64,000 nucleotides of DNA from Callorhinchus milii (lineage: Eukaryota): positions 50,098,001 through 50,162,000 of the forward strand of contig NW_024704743.1 in the NCBI RefSeq assembly GCF_018977255.1, written 5' to 3'. A program made the translations under genes and the position numbers. This document shows, one piece after another, positions 56,381-64,000 of the stretch. How positions within the stretch are numbered: position 1 is the first letter of the stretch; each line of letters opens with the position of its first letter. Under the pieces are notes generated by a model. The model worked only from the letters and a program-made list of their open reading frames with translations. It was not told the origin of the DNA and searched no databases.

Positions 56381-56979
56381 AGACAATTCACCCCTTATAA
56401 TATGGGTTGGATGATCATAACTGGACAAGCAATGATTACCAGATTTTTTCCCCTTTCCCCTATATGCTCCTCGGAATTTAATCCAGTTGTGTCCTTATAA
56501 CTAATACACAACCATTCCACTTTACAATATATTCTGTGAAGCACTTTGAGATGTCTCAACCACGTGATAAGGTGCTACATCAAATACAAGAATTACTATT
56601 ATTATGATCATATAGCCAAACATATAACTTGGTAGCACACTACAAAATAATAATAATGAAGTAATTCTTGCCGTTCATGTCAGGACAACATCTCAAAATG
56701 CTTCATAGGATTGACTGTGAACTAACTGATTGTGTATGTGTAGGCAAACACGGCAGCACAATGTGAACGCGATAGCAAACAGCAATGTCCCATAAACAGG
56801 CATGAAACAAATGACCAGTTTTATTGGGGGATTGGGGGATTTTGTGTTTTGTTTATTGGGCGATTGTTGGCCAGGACTCATTTCTCTGCATAATGCGTTT
56901 AAACACAACTAAGCCATCATGGGAGCAACTTTACGAACTAATGAAAGTGAAATTACTTCTTTAAACTAATCAAAGACTA

Positions 56980-57235
56980 TATCTATCTACCTATCTATCG
57001 TTATTATATATATATTAATAAAACGACAATGTCTGTCTGCGCTTCAAGAAGGATCTCAATAACCAATTTACGTAGAGGCATGATTTATACCTCATCGGAA
57101 AGGTCTTACACCTTGGAGTGACATGGGCATGGGCATATGTTTTCAGGTGTTTCCCATCATTCATGAGTTATTTTCAGTTTTGCATATTGTGCTGCAGTTA
57201 CACCTGGTGGCCAAGCCGGTTGACATTCTTAAAGC
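56980..57235 (+). mobile_element. Possible non-autonomous Helitron-like remnant
   Basis: (TCTA)n/TATATTAATAAAACG..TGTCTGTCTG start and GCCAAGCCGG near the end resemble non-autonomous Helitron layouts. Termini not confirmed. Confidence 0.3.
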
Positions 57236-59971
57236 GCTGAGTCCTCCCAAAAGGAGTCCTCCCACAGGAGTCTTCCTAGCTGAGTATAAAGATGAAATGT
57301 CTGTCTGTGAGTCAATCTACATTCCATATTGGATCCTTTGGTTGCAAGTGAAGCTACAACAGGTACAGCTAATATATATATTCCCATGGTTCCTGCTGGT
57401 GAAGGAAAGCTGCTGGTTTCATTCCCAATATTAAAAAAAATTCATTAACCCTAAGGTATAACTGCTAGCTTACTTCCCCAGAAAACGATTACATTTTAAA
57501 CCATGTAAAATCAACTGCCTCAAGAAATCTTATGAAAAGACTTTGCTTAATAGAAGGAATCCCTTGGAAGCCAGTTGCAGCATTGTCTGCACCTGGATTT
57601 ACACCAGTTGGACCAGAAGAGTGTTGCTGGGGTGCTACTGTGACAAAGGTATTGCCGATCATTGCAAAGGAAGTCATACGTAGGTAAATAATCCTTGCAT
57701 TTGAGATAGCATCCTTTCACATCACAGAATCGTCTTAAAGTGCTTCACAGGATTTACTGTAAAATTGTGTGACTATGTATTTTGTGGACTAAATAATATA
57801 ATCTTAATAATATTCTTTGTATTTGATAGTGTCTTCCACATCAGCCTTTTATAAACCCCATACAATTAACACAATACAATATAGCACCTTTCATGTTGGT
57901 AGAAAGTCTTAAAACACTTGACACGGCAGGCAGGACACCTGAGCTGGAGGTGGAAGTCCAGCGAGGTGGAGAGGGGAAAGATGAACGAAAATATGGTCAA
58001 AGAGATAGATCTTAAGATGGACCTTGAATCAGGTGGGGGGGGGGGGGGGTGGTGGGGGGGAGTGAGTTGGAGGAACTCAGGGATGGCGTTCCACAGAGTT
58101 GGGCAGAATACAGTTGCTGCAAGCACACCTGCTGATGGTGAGGTGGATTGGGTGGAGACATGAAGCAGGACAGTGCTTGCTGAGTGAAAGGAGTGATTAA
58201 GTATGACCGTGAGCAAGTGTATGGGAGAAAGTCTGATCAGAAACAGGAATGAGAGGAAAGACCATTTTATTGTATTGAATTTAAATGACCTCAGGATTGG
58301 AAGCCACAGGGTAGAGGTGGAAGAGGATTTTTGTATTAGCTAAATTCTAGATTAATACCATGAGTCAATTCAAATTGAATCAAATCTCCACATCACAAAC
58401 GGTAACATCACATTTAAACTTACTAAGGTTAAGCGATTTACAATAAAACATGCAACAGAGTGTTATTTCTACTTATTGGTTTTTCAAAAGACTATTATGT
58501 TACAAATGTGGGTATTGTCTAAAGATTTATGGATCCAAATCAAAAGTTACAAAATGAATTGCTGCCATTCCTCAATTGGGAGATAAGCAGGAACCAGAAA
58601 ACATAACTTTCTGACCCTCATTATTTGTCAAGAACAACATTTTAAAATATGCACTACCCTGTGTAGCAAACCTTTATACAATATTGTGACTAGTTTTTGA
58701 TCCAGATGCCACCTTCTTCTTTATACAAAACAGCCCCATCTAGTGATAGCAATGCCATTATAACATTGATTTACGTAGATCATTAGAGCACAGAAACAGG
58801 CCACTTGTATTAAACATTCCAAGATTATCTGAGTGAATAGCACACAAAATAAGTGTTTGTTCAAACATTTATTTAAAGACAATTAAAAAAAACAAGTACG
58901 ATTGGACCTCTAAATAATTACATTTATTGCATCAATGCATATTTGAGTTAAATTCACACGAAATGTATTTGTTTATGACACATTAAATCAAAGAGAACAC
59001 TAAATCAGACCAGCATGTTTTCCTTACTTTTAGTGTTAAACTAAGCTAAACTGATAAATTGTTAATGACAATATGTTGGACTTCACATGTCACTAAAGTG
59101 ATTTTAAAGCTGCATTCATTTGAGTTAATCATTGCTGAAAAGTCACTCAAGTGTGTACGTAGTCAATGCAGAAATAAACAAGTGTTTTAAATTCAGCTAT
59201 TTCTGTTTTCAAACATTGGTCTGAGTCTTGCAAACAATGTCAACACTATTACAAGTAGCACATTCAGTTAAGGAAGTCACTCGCTACAATTAAAAGAGCA
59301 TCACAATAGTGTTGAAGCTCATGAGCCACAGTTAGCACTGGGACATCCTCCCGATGTGAAATACACTATATAAATGGAATTTGTTGATGTTGCAAGTCCT
59401 GCTCCGAACAGTTTCTGATCAGTGTTGTCGGTTGAAAAGATGCCAAGTGAAGGTTGTGACACCTAACTGAGGCGATTATAATAATCTTTGCATTTGCTAT
59501 AGAGCCTTATCACGTCATTGGACATCTCAAAGCGCTTCACAGAATATGTTGTAAAGTGGATTAACTGTGTATTTTGTGGGTGAAAGATAGGAGGAGATAT
59601 GAGGGGGAAATTGGAGGGGAAATTCACCTTTGGATCATTTCTGACATGACCTAATAGCTGCCTACAGAAGATTTTTGAAATGGTGTGATAACAGGTTGTG
59701 ACCACCTTCTTAACTGTAGGCACTAGGCCAGGTTGATGACAAGAAGGAAACAAAAATACAATAAAATGAGGGAAAGGATACCAATTACTCCATAAAAATA
59801 AAATATCAACAAAAGATTGCCACTGCCAAGAAGTGCTTAACTCAAATCCTGAAATTGTAAACCAAAACACTGAATAAATATATTTATTTAACTGTCTTTG
59901 TGGATGTTGACCAAGATTATTTAGTTCAAAAGCAATATAAACAACAATGCAAACCCGTATACTACGCAATT

Positions 59972-60308
59972 GTGGAGTCCTGTAGCTCAGTGGTTAGAGC
60001 ACTCGCTTTGCAAGTGAGAGACCTGAGTTCAATTCCAGGCAGGGCGAAACCTTGGGCAAGTTTCCTTACTCCACACGCCTAATAATAATCCCTCCAAAAA
60101 AACAAAACAATAATAAATTGGTCATTTTCAATCTACGACTGTTTGTGGGACATTGCTGTGCGCAATTGGCTGCCGCGTTCGCCCACAAATATACAGTCAA
60201 TTCACTTTACAGTGAAAAAAAAGCTGTGAAGCGCTTTGGGACGTCCTCCCGACGTGAAAAGCGCTATATCAAATGCAAGGATTATTATTATTATATTATT
60301 ATTATTAT
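59972..60308 (+). mobile_element. Full-length SINE, same family (young)
   Basis: Nearly identical to 48698-49023 and to the truncated copy at 35465-35660. Confidence 0.9.
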
Positions 60309-60454
60309 AATTCAAAACATCCAGTGAACTTGGAATTTCATGGACTTAAATCCACAAGACATATTGGTGAAAAATAAATCATTAAGATCTGACATATGTT
60401 TTTCTTCCCAAGCCAGAAAAGATTACAATGTCCATAAAATGCATCTTACAATAT

Positions 60455-60757
60455 TTCAGGACACTGGTTAGAACACTCGCCTTGCAAGCAAGAGACCTGG
60501 AATTGATTCCCAGAAGAGCAGCACCTTGAGCAAGTTTCCTTACTTCAGACGCCTTATAATAATCCCTCAAGATAAAAAACAATAATAATTTAGTCACTCA
60601 ATCTACAATTGTTTGTGGACACTGATGTGTGCAATTGACTGCTGCGTTTCGCCCATAAATATACAGTCAATTCACTTTACAGTTTATTCTGTGAAGCACT
60701 TTGAGATGTCAAGAAGACATGAAAAGCGCTATATCAAATGCAAGGATTATTATTATA
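60455..60757 (+). mobile_element. SINE, same family (older copy)
   Basis: Degenerate tRNA head, core and (ATT)n tail. Confidence 0.82.
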
Positions 60758-61169
60758 TATATTGCTCATTTCTTTTTTAAATTAAATACATTGGTAAATC
60801 ATGGGATGATCTCTGTGATACACAAGGCAATGAAATTGGGTCCTTCTCAAATTTAGGTTTCACTGAGATTTATAAAAATTGTATACAGTAGTGGTTCCAT
60901 TTTAAAACCTAATTGTAAATATTAAAATGTTATTTTGCATAGACTTAAAGCATCTATTGCACACTTTTAATGAATGAAATTTACTAATAATTTCTAAGTG
61001 TACTTCTCCTGACAAGTTAGAAAAATAATAATAAATGAGCAATAGTCATAAATATTATTGCCTCCTCTTATCCTCATGAGTAGATAGTTGGTGGAAACCA
61101 TTTTTCAAAAAGGAAGTCAATTGCAAGTCAGATACAGGCCTATAAACGAAAATAACTATTTGTCCTTTC

Positions 61170-61550
61170 ATAATAATAATCTTTGCATTTGGTATAGCAC
61201 CTTATCACGTCGGAAGGACATCTCAAAACACTTCACAGGATTTACTTTGAAGTGGAGTGACTTCAAAAGTTCTCAAAGTTTATTTGTAGGCAAGCACGGA
61301 AGCACAATTATGCACAGTAATGTCCCACAAACAGCCAAAGTCAAATTGATTTGGGGAATTGTTGGCCCAGAACACCAGGAGAGTGAAACTCCCTTTTCTT
61401 TTCAAATAGTGCTATGGGATCTTTAACGTCTACCTGAACAGGCAGCCAGGACCTTGGTTTAACATCTCATCCAAAGGACGGTACCTCCGACAATGTAACA
61501 CACAACCAGCACTACAATAGAGTGTCATCTTCTGTGAGTTCAAGTCCGAC
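61170..61550 (-). mobile_element. Older long Deu-domain SINE
   Basis: Reverse complement of the body seen at 9680-10078. Confidence 0.75.
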
Positions 61551-62143
61551 AGCAGCGTCCCCCAAACAGTCATGGATTGAGTAAACAAATTTTTTATTTT
61601 TATATATTTTATACAGCAACATGAGAACGAATGCCCTGTAGGACTTTCTCCACTCAGATCGATCTTATGAACATCACTGACAACACCAACAACAACAAAA
61701 TGACATTTGTATAGCGCCTTTCACATTGGGAGGACATCCCAAGGTGCTGGACAGTCAGCGTTTCAGACCCGAGCTGGGGGGAGAGGATGACTGAAGGAAC
61801 GGTCGAAGAGGAGGGTCTTGAAGGTGGCAAGGGAGGAGGCGAGACAGAGGAACTGCGGGATGGAGTTCCAGAGAGTGGGCAAAGAGTGGCTGAGGCTCAC
61901 CCGGCAATTCCAAATGGAATTGGTTTCGGGGGGAATTTCCAGCAATGTTATTGTTTGCAGTCAATACAATTTTGTAGTTATAATGGGCGGAGATAATCTG
62001 TGTAATATGAGGATTTCAATTTGGATGTCAGTGGTTGAGTACAAAAGTTAATTATGCATTTCTAGAATTGTTCAACCAGATTTTAGGTACAATACAGTCA
62101 ACACTTCTTACTGGGTGATTCCAACATTGAACTGCTTGATCTT

Positions 62144-62210
62144 TCAATACAGGAATGGTATTAAAGCCTTTCTTGATGTTGGGTAATCTTCAAACTTTTC
62201 CAGATACCAC
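62144..62210 (-). CDS. SRD5A1: Steroid 5-alpha-reductase 1, last coding exon
   Basis: ttaattgcag|G TGG TAT...TAT TGA = WYLEKFEDYPTSRKALIPFLY*, the SRD5A C-terminal motif. SRD5A1 is chosen over SRD5A2 by synteny (same strand, upstream of TENT4A as in human). Confidence 0.88.
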
Positions 62211-63625
62211 CTGCAATTAAATATAAAAATACATATTGTTTGTGATATTTGTTTCAGAATTTCAAAATAGTCAGTTTTCTATTTTTAATTCAACACCAGC
62301 TTCTGTGGAGTTAGATTACTTTACATATCACAATTTTGCTTTTAGGTGTATTTAAATAAAATGCTACATTTCGTGTCTGGTTATACAATCAATATTTATT
62401 AAGCTCAATAAGTAACAAATATACAACTACAACTTGCATTTATGCATCACCCATCATGAGGGGTAGCGTCTAATCATTTAACCATGGCAGAGCTTGAGGC
62501 CGAGCTGGCGAGAAATGGGAGGTGTCTGTGTCATGTCAAAGAGATCAGCGTTCAGGTGCATGGCTACAGTATGGCTATTTCGAAATCAACACTTTTGAAA
62601 ACTACAGAGAACCACTTTCAAAACAAAGCCTGAATTTCAGAATTGTCCAAAGGGTATATGTTCTGAATGCTAAGAAAAAAAAGTCTGAGACTAGACTAAG
62701 GTGAAGTTTCTGTACCCCAGAGATGTCTGAATAGAGGCATAAAGACACATGGTCTCACAGTTGTTTTCGATTGAGCTATTTGGCCTCTGCTGGAACTGAG
62801 GTACAACAAATTGATGTTGAATGGCTGTCAGTACATCAGCACAGCAGTAATCTACTTAAGTGGTTCAGATGACAAAGATTGATTGAGGCATTCCAGCAAA
62901 TTGTTCATTAACAAAAGACATCACTACTAGTATCGGTGGATTAACATATAGCATTTATTTTTTAAAAAATATAATTTACGTTTAGCAATTAAAGAATATC
63001 ACATCTGTGACACACTTCTCAGGAACAGGCAGTTGTGAATTGCTCAAAAAATTCACTGTCCGTATACAACAGTCATGAAGCTTGTCCTTAAATGAATTAG
63101 TAATTTCCCTAAATTCCTCAAAGGATCATTTGCTGGTCTTACTTATTGTGATTAAGCTAACTGTGTTTTAAAATTCACTCCTGTGAAGTGCTTTGAATCG
63201 TTCTCCAAACATGAAAGGAGCTGCACTGAAACCCCAGCGAGCCTAGCCAAGGTGGTGAGAGCTCCGGTCCAGACAGACAGAGATTTCTGCTAATTGGAAT
63301 TAAATGCCGATACAGGCATTTACTGCCTTTTTTTGGAACTGGCTTTTTTCAGTGTCAAAAATGCTGGTAAACACTGGTACCAACATTGTGATTGTTTGAA
63401 TCTCGCTAGCAAAAGGTAGAAAATAAGGAATCTTCTGCTCGCGGAATTAAAATTGAATTCGATATCCCTGGCCAATGAAGACCAGCAGACTGTGAGGCAG
63501 TGGTGGGTGTGGATGCCAGGAGGGTGTCCGGCAGGAGACTACAACAACACAATTACATTTATAAAGTGCCTTTATACGTCGGGAGGACGTCCCAAAGCGC
63601 TAACTTGGGTCTCGCCCAGGTCTTC

Positions 63626-63792
63626 ATTATATATAATATATATTTTATATACATATTTAATATATATATATTTTATATACATATTTAATATATATATATT
63701 TAATATATATTTGATATATATTATATATTATATATAAATATATATATTATATATAAATATATATATTATATATAATACATCTATATATATTT
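63626..63792. repeat. AT-rich low-complexity tandem repeat
   Basis: Repeated tatattttatatacatatttaata and atattatatataaatatat units. Confidence 0.9.
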
Positions 63793-64000
63793 TAGTGTTC
63801 TTAGTTTCAGACCTGGTCCAACTAGGTCCAAGTTCTGGATATCTGGAGAAGCCAGGGATTTACTTCATACCAAATGTAAGGATTATTATTATTTCCTGCA
63901 CATAGTTAAATGAAGGCTACCCCATTAGCATTGCTGCAATGAGATTATGGGCGCATCCCAAATTATAGCATTCAGAACCTAATACTAGAAACCCAAAGGA

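Overview
Eukaryotic, repeat-rich vertebrate genomic DNA. The tRNA/Deu-domain SINEs, CR1 and L2 LINEs and Neptune-type Penelope element suggest a cartilaginous fish, possibly a holocephalan such as Callorhinchus (inference). Two host genes lie on the minus strand. TENT4A/PAPD7 coding exons 1-3 (21969-21290, 4259-4136, 1153-1107) have canonical, phase-consistent splice sites and a CpG-island promoter at ~21.2-23.0 kb. The last coding exon of SRD5A1 lies at 62210-62144, matching the SRD5A1-TENT4A order known from human. The rest is intron or intergenic DNA filled with retroelements. The best leads are: (1) a near-intact full-length CR1 LINE whose ATG-less ORF2 overlaps ORF1 in the -1 frame at an in-register U_UUA_AAC slippery heptamer, and whose ORF1 SGNH esterase lacks the catalytic Ser and Asp; (2) a nested Penelope-like element with ~355-bp inverted ends, each carrying a minimal hammerhead-ribozyme core; (3) snap-back hairpins formed at retroelement ends; (4) an unidentified ~0.5-kb repeat family; (5) a strong G-quadruplex motif 5 nt before the TENT4A AUG. 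Most short ORFs in the track are spurious. Repeat boundaries were read by eye and are approximate.
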